Shown: positions 12,190 through 23,500 of the stretch, piece by piece
Numbering within the stretch: position 1 is the first letter of the stretch
Layout of the letters: each line of letters starts with the position of its first letter
Notes under the pieces: generated by a model
The model's database searches: none
Told to the model about the DNA's origin: nothing
Seen by the model: only the letters and a program-made list of their open reading frames with translations
Program-made: the position numbers and the translations under genes
Origin: Antedon mediterranea
Lineage: Eukaryota; Animalia; Echinodermata
Reading direction: 5' to 3'
Length of the DNA stretch: 64,000 bases
NCBI RefSeq assembly: GCF_964355755.1
Contig: NC_092675.1
Coordinates: forward strand, 8,427,812 to 8,491,811

Positions 12190-15100
12190 ATGAAACTGTG
12201 TAGCAGTTCATGGTACCAGAGACTAAAGATGGCTATAAGTTTGAGAACTACTATCTCATTTGATAACATTATATATCTTCTTCATGAACCTAGAGATTCA
12301 GCATCATTAGCTGTCTGGCGTGTTTTATTTGGTATGTATAATAAGATTTCAATTAAAAGTATTATAAATGTCTAAAAGTAGACTATATGCATTGTATTTA
12401 CTGGAGTTTCAAATTTCCTAATTTACTGCTATGTGTACGTGTACGAGATGCTGCTTTCCAAATTGTTGATTAATATATTCCTACTGGATGGCTATTATAG
12501 ATAACTCTACTATATGCTATGATTTCTAGCAAAGATTTTATTTTTGTTTATTTTCAGCCATTCTTAATTTTGAGGATTGAGTGAGATTCTTATATTAAAG
12601 TGTGTTTTTACAAAAAAAAAAGAAAAGTGCACACATGAGACGTGTATTTTTCCCTCATTTGCAGTCATTTATATTTGAGGTAGCTTATAATACATATCAT
12701 TAGTCATGCTTGGCTATTAGTTCATCTTATAATGGATATGTAATGACTTTGGCATTTTGTCTCCTAGGTTTCATCATTCTAATTGATATACCTCAAGAAC
12801 GTGGCATGGCCAGTATCAGTAGCAGGTGGAGTGATCCCTATCGATGCAATTTCCCACTCTTCCATTTTTTGGCACCACTCCCAGTTGACTGGATGTATGT
12901 GGTTTACCTGCTGATGTGTCTTGGTAACATAAATTTTGATTTTTATTTTGTATATCTTATTTACATTAATTTCAATGATAATTTTCAAAACATCACCTTT
13001 GATAGTGCTTAGGTGCTTATCAGCAATCCTTAAATAAATGGAAGTTCATATAATTCAATGAAAATTCCAATTGAGTATTATAGTACCATATTCGTCGAAT
13101 TTCCATACCCTACAGTCGATAACCATTCTTCATAAACCCAAATGCATTTCCAAACATAAAGCTAGGAACCTTGTATATTAAAATCAAATGCACTTAGTAT
13201 AGTATTTTTTCATTATAACCTATAGGAGCCTTGGGGCTAATGTTTGGATTTTTATATCGCCTCAGCTGTCTTACATTTGTGCTCACATACTGGTACGTCT
13301 ATCTACTGGACAAATCTGTATGGAACAACCACTCCTATCTGTATGGACTTCTTGGATTACAGTTCCTATTCATTGATGCAAACCGCTGTTGGTATGAATC
13401 TTATTAACACAATATTAAGTCTGATAATATTTAGAAAACTAGTTGAATTTAGCTTTTAATGAATGTAAATAAGTTTTCGCCAACTTATGTAGTAACCATT
13501 ATGGTAATTTACATGAACTAGAGACGTAAGTTTTACGAAAAAAATAACATTCTAACGCTCACCACTATGTCAGTCTGTTGTTCGGTAATCACTAACTTGA
13601 GCATGCGACTGCAGCCATGTATATGGCCTTGTTAAAAAGTACTTAAAAGTGAACATGATTTGTTCATCACTCACCCAATAGAACTTTAAATTTCTACATA
13701 ATTCTTAGATGTTCTGTTATAAATAACATTAAGTAAACAAACTCAGTAACTTTCACACAGAAAATTTTGAAATGAACAATAATAATAGATTCAAGATTAA
13801 TTTACAAACAAAATATCTTTTTTTAGGTCGGTAGATGGACTTATAAGGCCATCTATAAGAAATTCACATGTTCCACTTTGGAATTATGCCTTAATACAAT
13901 TTCAAGTAAGTTATACGGATTTATGTGAAAATTCATCAATATTTATTGTACAAATCTTTAAAATTGATCTTGGTTTGCATTTTAGAAAATCACATTAAAA
14001 TATAATGACTGATTAATAAAGTACTTTTGTTTTACTTTTAGATTTTTATAGTATATTTTATTGCTGGTTTGAAAAAACTTGATAAAGATTGGATAACAGG
14101 GTATTCAATGGACAATCTCGCTCTCAACTGGATATTTGATCCATTTAGGTATATTTATCTCAATTACCTGGATGCTAAGAATAATATTTGCAGAACCAAC
14201 CATCCCATGAAATTAGGAGTTTTGCTTCTAAATATGGGAGTACATTACAGAAACACAAGAAATAAGTTTTACTTTGTCCATGTGAATACATCATCTTTAA
14301 ATAAAAAATTCAACTGATAGCTTAATTAATTAATATAATGGAAAATGTGCTGTTTAGTAAAATGTTTAAATGTCTAATGCTCTGTCTACACTATCAAACT
14401 AGATTACAAAAAAGTGTGACGTGCCCAAATATGTTTATGATATGATGTCATCCTGTCCATATATGGGCACATCGCATTTTTTGTCACGTTTGATAGTATA
14501 GACAGAGCTTTAGGGAATAGGCTTGTATGGTCTGTTTGCTTATGTACACATAACATAATTAATGTGCACTCAGTATTAACCAAACATCTTTCCTGACATG
14601 TGTCAACAAGGAATCAATTTTTGTTTTCACCAAATAAAAATTATCTTTATTTTATGGTTTTCAGGTTATTTCTGACGAATGAGCATATTGATTTGTATAT
14701 TGTTCATATAGGAGGTTTAATGCTAGATTTGATGATTGGTTTCTTGCTATACTTTGACAAGACAAGACCAGTGGCTGCTTTCTTTTGTGTCTCCTTTCAT
14801 GCAATGAACTCTCAAATGTTCCAAATAGGTAAGGAGAAAAACTGGAATGGATGCCATTGGCATTTAAAATGAAAATTATTTCTGTGTAATAGTAGCTCTG
14901 TGTAATAATGTTCTTGCTTCATTTTTTCTAATATGTTGTTGTCCTTATTAGGAATGTTTCCATACACTATGCTTGTATCTATCCTAATGTTTTGTTATGC
15001 TGACTGGCCAAGACAACTGTTTAAACGCTTGCCACAAGTATGCCACATAGTTCTTCCGTTGAATACGCCACTTCAGAGCAGTAAACATTGCTTGTATCAA

Positions 15101-18100
15101 GAATCAGATAGCCACCAACAACTAGATAGCCACCAACAACCAGATGAGGTCATCAGCCCAATTAGAAAATCACACAAACAGAAACGAAAATCAAAAGAAG
15201 AAGTAATCATTAAAAGAACCAACGATGAAACAGAAAGTACAATTTATCTTAAACACAGAATCATTTTCGGAGTTCTTTCAGCTTATTCATTAACTCAAGT
15301 GATCTTGCCCTATTCACATTTTGTTACAAAGGTGAGTGCAGTATGCTATTGTAGTTTTAGTAGAGTTGACCACCATTTTTTATTTGTCAATTATCACCAC
15401 AAAAGAGGTATCATTGTTGATTATTGCAATGCTTTTTATGTTAATGAAAGACCCTTTGCTGGACAATAGATTGCCACAAACCGCTTGTCTATGTAAATTG
15501 GCCTTTACACAGATTAATACACATCATAGGAACCACAGTCACCATCGAGGTCTGGTTTTATTTATTTACTTTATCTTACTAAAGGGATACAACAACTGGA
15601 CAAATGGACTGTACGGCTACTCTTGGGACATGATGGTTCATAGCTGGTCAAGTCAACATATTAAAATTACCTTTGTAGACAACAAAACTGGGGAAGTCGG
15701 CTACATCACTCCAGGTGTACATGTAAGTATATTTGTTTGTACTGAATCAAACCATGAAATGAGTATTTTGTTCCGTTTTACTGTATAGGTTTCTACTGTT
15801 TGTTTTTTGTTATAGCTTTGGGAAGGTGCTAGTGAAAGATGGAGTGCCCATGGAGACATGCTAAAGCAGTATGCCATGTGCTTAGCTGACCACCTTAAAG
15901 ATCATAACATACACAATACACAACTTTACTTTGATGTTTGGCGATCATTGAATGGAAGATTTCAACAAAGGTTTGTACGGAAATCTATATTTAATAACTA
16001 ATTCAATAAACATAATGAAGAATTGTTGATTAAATCTACTTTCATTGTTTTAATTTTTGCTGGCTTGATACTGGTTGGTTTGTTTAGATTTGCACTTTAG
16101 CAAAAGACATTCCAATTATGTTTCCTTGATTGCAACAAATGTGTTATAGTAACATGTTGAATACATTCTTGTTCAAAAGAAACTAAATCTTCATCTTTAA
16201 ATCCGTCTGTAGAATGTGGAATCCTAAAGTTGATATCGTTGCAGCTGATTGGTCACCATTTAACCAATCAAGTTTCCTAATGCCTCTTCTCTCAGAATTA
16301 TCGCCATGGAGAACAAAGTTTGAAGAGATTGAAGATTCTTTGGACAACCATACTACAGTAGTGTTTGTGGCAGACTTTCCTGGTAAATTTCCATTTTTAT
16401 AAATTATTACATATCTGAAATAAAACATGATGATGTAGGAACATTCAAAAATATATATACTGATAACAAATTTATGATATCAAGCTCTGAAAATCAGTGT
16501 GGAATATCAAGTGATTATTTTAAGAGACATATTAATTTCTGAAAGGGTAATATTAATGGATGATTATTACTTTTTAGGCTTGCATCTTGAGAACTTTGTA
16601 GATCCAAACCTTGGCAACACAAGTATTCAGGTTTTAAAGGGTAGTTTAGTGGTTGAAATTACAGATTATAAAGAAAATATTACATTACATGAGGGCGGTA
16701 GTATACAGGTTTGTATATCAGTTGCTGCAATTCTCAATCAGATGGTATTGTGGGAGATTGGTTATTACATGGTCTTCTGTTTATATATGATAATAGTTAC
16801 ATAGTGCATATATAGCTGGCTGTCAATGCACTGTACATGAAAATAGGATATGGCAAAATTTAACAATTGAAAGCTAGTTGGATAAGAAAATTCTGCAGCT
16901 GCTGCTTTGAGATATTTTTATTTATAATACACATGTTTGTATTCTTGCAATTTGATTGATTAATTGCGCATCACGTGTCATTTGAAATTAGCCCTACTTA
17001 GTGGAAAAGTGATATCTAATGATGATAACGCCCAGCATTTTGAGTTGTCTGATCCTGTTCAGAATAAACTATTCTCTATAATACAACTATTATCCTCTTG
17101 TCCATCGATATTTACCTTCTGGTACATTTTATACATGTTTTTCTCCTCTCAAACAATAGGTGCCTTCTGGTAAGTTTCATATTGTACACACAGTATCAGA
17201 AGAACCTTCTTGTTACATGTACTTGACCGTTAATACAACAGATGTCGCTATTAGGAAGAAATTTAACGACTTTAAAGAAATTCGAAACAGCAATGAGTCT
17301 AGTTTGGCAGGTATTTTGGATATTTTGCATTACAATGAAGAAAAAAACAATTATAATGTATTACCTTTAATTTATTTATTCAGATAGATAGAAATACTAA
17401 AATCTCACTTGTTTCAATAACTAAATCAAATCAATTCAATTTTTTATTTCATTTGTATAAACTACATAGTAAATTGTGTTGCTATGAAACTAACAGCACA
17501 ATACAATACAACAAAAGTAGAAACACCATTACCCATCATTCTCTAACATTCAGTGCTCTAACGGCAGATGGCTAAAAACTATTACTATATAACTATTATA
17601 CTGTTGATCATTTTCCTTGAAACAGCAGTAAATAGAGTTCATAAATGTTGTTTGTTAGTATTATGGAGGAAAAAAAACATCTTAATCCATAAATTATTTA
17701 TATAATTCGAATGTCATTTTCATATTTACTATTATATTTAAAATATCTTTATTTTTGTTTTGTTTATTATTTAGAGTTTTCTTCTAAAGAACTTCAAATA
17801 TTCAAAGATCTCCTAGAACATGAGAAACTTATAGAAGAGTACAGGAACATGACATTGTTTGATCGATTTAGAGATTTCTATGAAACAAAGTTTTCGTTGT
17901 TCGCCTCAAGGTACAGTGCTTTTTTTAAATGTTTTTAAATAAACATAACTTAGTATTAGCAAGGCAATCTAACAACAGGACACTGAGCTCGCCTTGGTAA
18001 GATAGCAAGCAGTCCTTTGATCATATGTCTGGCTGTGACAAATACCACAGTACTGTACTATGTACATATTTTCCGCGGCACAAGTTCCTGTTAAGGGGCG

Positions 18101-18368
18101 TGTAACTGATCGTATCACAACCACAGATAAGCCCTTTGATCTCAAGAGCTCAGCAATCAGCATCCTGTTGTTAGATTTCCTTGGTATTAGTGCCTTGATA
18201 GTATTGTATTTAGTACCTTCTGGTATTAGTGTCTTTTGATAATTCGCAGCATTCTTCCGTACCTACTGTAACATATACACAATGTCTTTTATTGGATTCT
18301 CTTTCAGTTTTAATAGTGCGTTTCAGGCTGTTCATAACATTGCCAACTCAGCATCTTTCAGACTCTAA
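12190..18368 (+). CDS. GGCX: Vitamin K-dependent gamma-glutamyl carboxylase
   Basis: About 14 coding exons (approx. 12190-12331, 12768-12923, 13226-13391, 13827-13905, 14042-14148, 14665-14828, 14952-15331, 15585-15722, 15816-15970, 16213-16382, 16579-16708, 17160-17310, 17775-17910, 18308-18368). Diagnostic motifs [27 protein letters not shown] (catalytic Lys), [36 protein letters not shown] and [12 protein letters not shown]. The last exon and stop are less certain. Confidence 0.96.
14379..14508. mobile_element. Hairpin MITE (Harbinger/Tourist-like), copy 1
   Basis: TIR GCTCTGTCTACACTATCAAAC / GTTTGATAGTATAGACAGAGC, an internal palindrome and TAA/TTA-like flanks. A second copy lies at 62464-62603. 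Confidence 0.75.
17960..18183. mobile_element. P-element-like MITE with a 7-bp target-site duplication
   Basis: TIR CAAGG(C/A)AATCTAACAACAGGA at both ends; direct repeat GTATTAG at 17953-17959 and 18184-18190. Confidence 0.8.
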
Positions 18369-18924
18369 TTTATGCAGCTCATATTTCAAGCATGAGTTAG
18401 TTACTTACATCGTGATGCTAAAACTGGTTTGCAATATTTGAGGCTGCTCCTTTACAAAACAATACTAGAGGAACATTTACATACCAGATGCAAATAAGGG
18501 CCAAGTAGACTTATTCTTAAAGAAATCCCTTACTTTATTTAACCTCAAAAAGAATATCCTATAATCTTAAAAGAAGCCCGCATATTTAGTCTAAAAACGA
18601 AATCTGTGTGTGCTAGATATGTATTAATTAATTGAAAATGAGTTCTTGTATTTGTTGTTATGGAATAGCAATTCCAAAACCAGTATCTACATCGTTGATG
18701 GTTAAAATAGTGCAATAGTTGGAATAGGGCAAATATTTGCAATGGGCGTGCCTAAGTTCAGGTAACTAATTTATGTTATATTATGTTATATTTGTTATAC
18801 CATACCTAAATTTTGAAATTTCCAAAGTGAATGTGCAATGCAATTGTCGGTTCTAATTCTTTTTTTAATTTCCTTGACTCTGTTATTATCCTAGAATAGA
18901 GTAACAATACACATTTACTTTTAT

Positions 18925-19274
18925 TATACGGCTTTATACGGCTTTACCACGTTGAAACGTCAGATCACCGAAGTTAAGCGACGTTGGGCCTGGTTAGAGC
19001 TTGGATGGGAGACCATCTGGGGAAAACGGGTGCTGTATACGGAGCTGGGGTCCCGTTAGGCATTTGAAATCAGCACTGCTGACTCTTATGGCAGCCCCTG
19101 CATCTAGTATCTGCCTCAGACCTCTGGTCAAGGTGGGCACTGGACGAGAGAAACCCTTGATCAATGTTAGGACCAATCAAGGTGCTTTAAACAGTCCTGG
19201 CTTTGTTTGTATCAAACCTGTTAGTGGCAGTAATTATCGCTGTTGGTTTCGATTGAATAAAATAAAATAAAATA
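18925..19274 (+). mobile_element. 5S rRNA-derived SINE (SINE3 type)
   Basis: 5S-like head 18935-19039 (TACCACGTTGAAA..CGTCAGATCACCGAAGTTAAGCGACGTTGGGCCTGGTTAGAGCTTGGATGGGAGACC..GGTGCTGTA) with no oligo-T terminator after it, then a ~215-bp unrelated body and an (AATAA)n tail. Confidence 0.8.
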
Positions 19275-19296
19275 CTCTTTGGTATTTTGATTATAC

Positions 19297-19413
19297 ACAC
19301 AACCCCTCCCATCCCACACACACACACACACACCCCTTCCACACACGCACCCACCCCTCCCACACACGCACCCACCCCTCCCACACACGCACACACCACT
19401 CCCACAGACACAC
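19297..19413. repeat. CA-rich compound micro/minisatellite (~21-bp unit CCACACACGCACCCACCCCTC)
   Basis: A (CA)n run followed by about 3 degenerate 21-mers. Confidence 0.85.
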
Positions 19414-19975
19414 ATTGGTATGAACCATCAATGTTTGTTTGTGCTATTTTTCTCCCTGTACTTGTTTCTAGTAATGATAGAAGTTAAAACGGTGCCTTAA
19501 CGGTTTCAATAGACTTTTAATAATGTTATTTATTAACTTTAGCATTGAAGAACTGTGGCGCCTTATGTTTGTTTAATGTATGTAAGTAAGATAACATGTA
19601 TAGGACCAGAGATATTATTAATGATTGTATGAATATTGTCTGTTAATATAGTTAATGTAATTCCTTTATGGTGCAATATTAGAGTAGGCTTACGTCCGTT
19701 ATTAATAAGCGTATGTATTTCTTGTTGTAGAGTTTTGCAATATTATAGTAATATTACACAACAATTATGAATTTAAACAATTGCATCATTATCATCATCA
19801 TCTTCAGAGATGAAGAAGGTGGACATAGCAATTAGTATATTAAATGCAATTATTGTATGTACTGCAAGTAATCATGACAAACAAATAAATATTAATGTTA
19901 CATCTCCGATTTGTGTATCTTCTTTATCATTTAGTTGGTAAAGGTCAGTCAGACACGCCGAATGACCTATTCTGA

Positions 19976-20181
19976 AGCGTGGTTCCCACTCTAGAACGTA
20001 ACGCAAGGACGTTAATAGAACGTAACGCAAGGACGTAAACGCAACGCAAGCGTTTTAACCAATGACAAGCGAAGTTATAGACAGTTTTGCAATCACAAGC
20101 GAATAAGCCATCGCTTGTGATTGGTCAATTCACTTGCGTTGCGTTACGTCCTTGTGTTGCGTCGCTAGTGGGAACTATGCT
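19976..20181. mobile_element. Hairpin MITE (Harbinger-like)
   Basis: TIR AGCGTGGTTCCCACT / AGTGGGAACTATGCT; inner arms ACGCAACGCAAG / CTTGCGTTGCGT; internal duplication of TAGAACGTAACGCAAGGACGT. Confidence 0.75.
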
Positions 20182-20556
20182 TTAATCTCTGATTATAAAT
20201 CAAATGTTATCTTTTTGGCGCATTATAACAATTTACAAAAGAATTGTTTATCATTAATCTTAACTTCGTAGGCCTAACTTCTGATTTAAATATTTGTTTT
20301 TATCAACACATAAATATTTTTAGTTTTGATACCATTACTGGACAAAAAAAGAGCTATATGATAGCATAATATATTATAAAATCCAACAACAAAAGATATT
20401 CATTACCTTGCTCACAGTACCCATTAATTATAAATTTTTGTTTAATATTTATAAATATTATCGAGCAGGATAAGAAATATCAAACATTATATAGGTGGAA
20501 TTATTGCAAACAGTAAATCAGTTTCTATGATGCCCAAACAATAACAACTTTTTAAT

Positions 20557-23500
20557 TCAAAACCCACGAACATCGCAGCGTAAGAGATGTCCGGTTATGC
20601 TACCAACCAGCATTTGGTTACCGTAGAAACTTGCGACGCTTGAGCCCTTAAAATTGTTACCATTATCTGCATACACCTCACGTATGGTTTCATTCCAGTC
20701 ACCATCAAAATGTATATGTAGAATCTGAAAGATAATTAAACATTATACAGTTGTTAGTCATTTAGCTTTAGAGCATTAATAAATCAAATGTAAGATTCAA
20801 GATTCAATTTTATTTTGCCAATTAAAATGGAAATAATATGAGTACATTTTCAAAATTTTAAAATGTATATTAATAAAATTATTATTATATACAATATTTA
20901 TATTATTTAAAACAATCAATATATCAAAAATAGACATGAATACTACAGGCATACAACATTTTAAAAGTAACATAAGAACATCAAAAATACTATAAACATT
21001 ACATTATACAGCCTAATTTATTATAATTTATTATTATAGGCCTAATATAGATTATATATTATTGGCTTTAAAAATAAATTTTACAATTAATTTAATAATT
21101 AATTATATATTATTATACGTTAATAGTATTGATATAAAGTATCTAATTTAAATTGGCTGACAGCATGTTAATGACGATATTGAGTATAAAAGTCATGGTA
21201 ATAATTCAGTATCTATGATAGTAGTGGATGTAATAGACGTGTTTTGTATGTTTATTTCAGTATATTCATCTTATGTGTCACATAACGACAATAAATCATA
21301 ATGACTATGTTTTATCGACGTAATTAATTTATTTTATCTGTGAGTCCATCCATGGATAAAATAAGTAGAAGGATTGGTATCGATGGTAACATCAAAATAA
21401 GTTTCCACCGCGCTCGCCTATAATACCACTAGGAATAAAACAATTTATTTTATCATCAATACCAACTTACCTGTGAGGCTCCTTTAATGCGCTCTTTACT
21501 AGACAGCAGCTTGTGTACGAGTGGGTGACACCCCACCAACAAGTCGCCTGTCGTTGGATCAACTTCAATGTTGTCCGGTGCCGTGTATATATTCAAAATC
21601 TAAAAAATAGGCGATTAAATCATAATATAAATTATACTATAATTATATATTTAAAATAGTTTATATTTTATTTTAGGTCTTAATAATAATTTTAATTATA
21701 GGCCTATACTAACCTTCACCGGTTCCAATGATGAATCTGTTTTACGTGAGTAAACTCGAACTTGATGACTAAATGTGGTAGCAACGTATACTGTCCTATA
21801 AGAGAATTATTCATTTTATGCAGGGAAGCATGATAATCCAACTCTTTTCTCTGATAAGAGCAACTTTATAACATAACGGCATCAAACTGCGTTACTCTAA
21901 AATTAAATTCTCTTAAAAATATAGTAGTCCTTGATCTTTTCATTCTTGACATATTAAATACATAAGACGCGCATAATTTTTTAATTTTTAGTGTTTTAGA
22001 GAGTTATTTACTAGGCCAGTCCTCTACTGTTTTTCTTCCGTGGCGCGAAATTGAATGTATTTAGTTTAAATACCAATTTCACTAGAACAATATTAAGAAG
22101 CACTTCAGGACTATATGGATGTCCACTAAAGGAGGGATGTATGTATTAAATGTATTTCTCGTCATTTCATAGGGTGAGTGTCCAATTAAAGCTGATTAAA
22201 TTCTTTAAAAATATCGTTAAAAATAGTCAAATTGGCTGCCAACCAATGGTTTTTTGTTTGAATTTAATAATTATTTTGTCAAGTTTTTTTATTAAAACTA
22301 CAAAATAACATATTAGTCTGACTTAATTAATCTTCATTTTTCATGTTTTTGGGGAACAATACATCTTTAATGTCCCTAAATAGAAGTCCCAAATGACAAA
22401 CCGTTTATCGGGAGATATATTGATTCCATTTGCTCCCGATAGCCCTGTAGCAACAAACGAGGCTTTCTCTCCATCATAGAAAACAACAGACGCAAACGAC
22501 AAACGAAGTATTTTGTCAAGTAACATATATTTGTATCCGAAGAGCAGGAAATTAGTAGCGTAGAATGTATCGGGTCCGGTGGCCACTACGTCATTTAGGC
22601 TTAAGTAAAAAAACAAAATATGCATCAATGATAACATCAGGATCTATACATTGATATAGAAAAGTAAATTAAAGATGGTGGAATGAAACAAAACAAATCT
22701 ATATTTGTATTGTTGTCTTTAGGCCTAGCCTACCATCGATACGGCAGAACCAGTACATTCCAACATCCTGTCATGCATGTTATCGTTAAATTTCTTTTAG
22801 GGCCTAACAAATAATAGGAAAACTACATTTTAGTATTTAAAAAAAACAATTATTAAATCATACCCGATTCTCGGTACTGTTTAGGGTAAATCATCGGTAT
22901 GAGCGAGTCATATGGCCGAGCGGTTAAGGCAGGGGCGCCGTTTATCGTACCTAAAGAGCCAACAACAACATCGGCAAGGGTTCGAGGCCGACTCGCTCCT
23001 AGTTCAGGTGGTGGAACAAGTCTTCTCGGATAAGGACTATAAACCGTAGGTCCAGTGTACACAGTTATAACCTGTGTGTACTTTAAAGAACCCAGTTCAT
23101 TATTCGAAAAAGAGTAGGGGGTTACCCCGGTGAACCGGTTCACACAATAGCCTCTGTATCAGAGGGATTACCACCTATCTGATAGGACAGTGATTAATTC
23201 ACTATTGGTAATCCTTGGCCACAGTGCCTAAAGACATAAAATAAAAAAAAATAAAAAAAAAAAAAAATAAAAAAAATAAAATAAATAAAAATAAAACACA
23301 GGTGGAAATAAAGTTTGTTTTAAACTGTTTTATACATGTTTAGTTCGATTTGTAATGGATGATAATTGCATAGGCCTATGCATCGAGTAAATTTGTTTTT
23401 TTTTCATTTTGATGTTTGTGTGTGTATGTGAACCATTGAGTATTCCATCATTACTGTAGACGGTATAATACGACTGACTGAAATATTTCTATTTTTTTCA

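Noticed and set aside
18935-19039. Functional 5S rRNA gene
   Set aside because: Internal deletion, substitutions, no oligo-T terminator, single copy, and fused to a body with an AATAA tail; better explained as a SINE head.
19187-19487. Short ORFs rich in Cys/Val/Gly or His/Thr/Pro
   Set aside because: Translations of the CA-rich simple repeat.
22901-22999. Functional tRNA-Ser/Leu gene
   Set aside because: No proper anticodon arm, and it continues into a SINE body with an A-rich tail.
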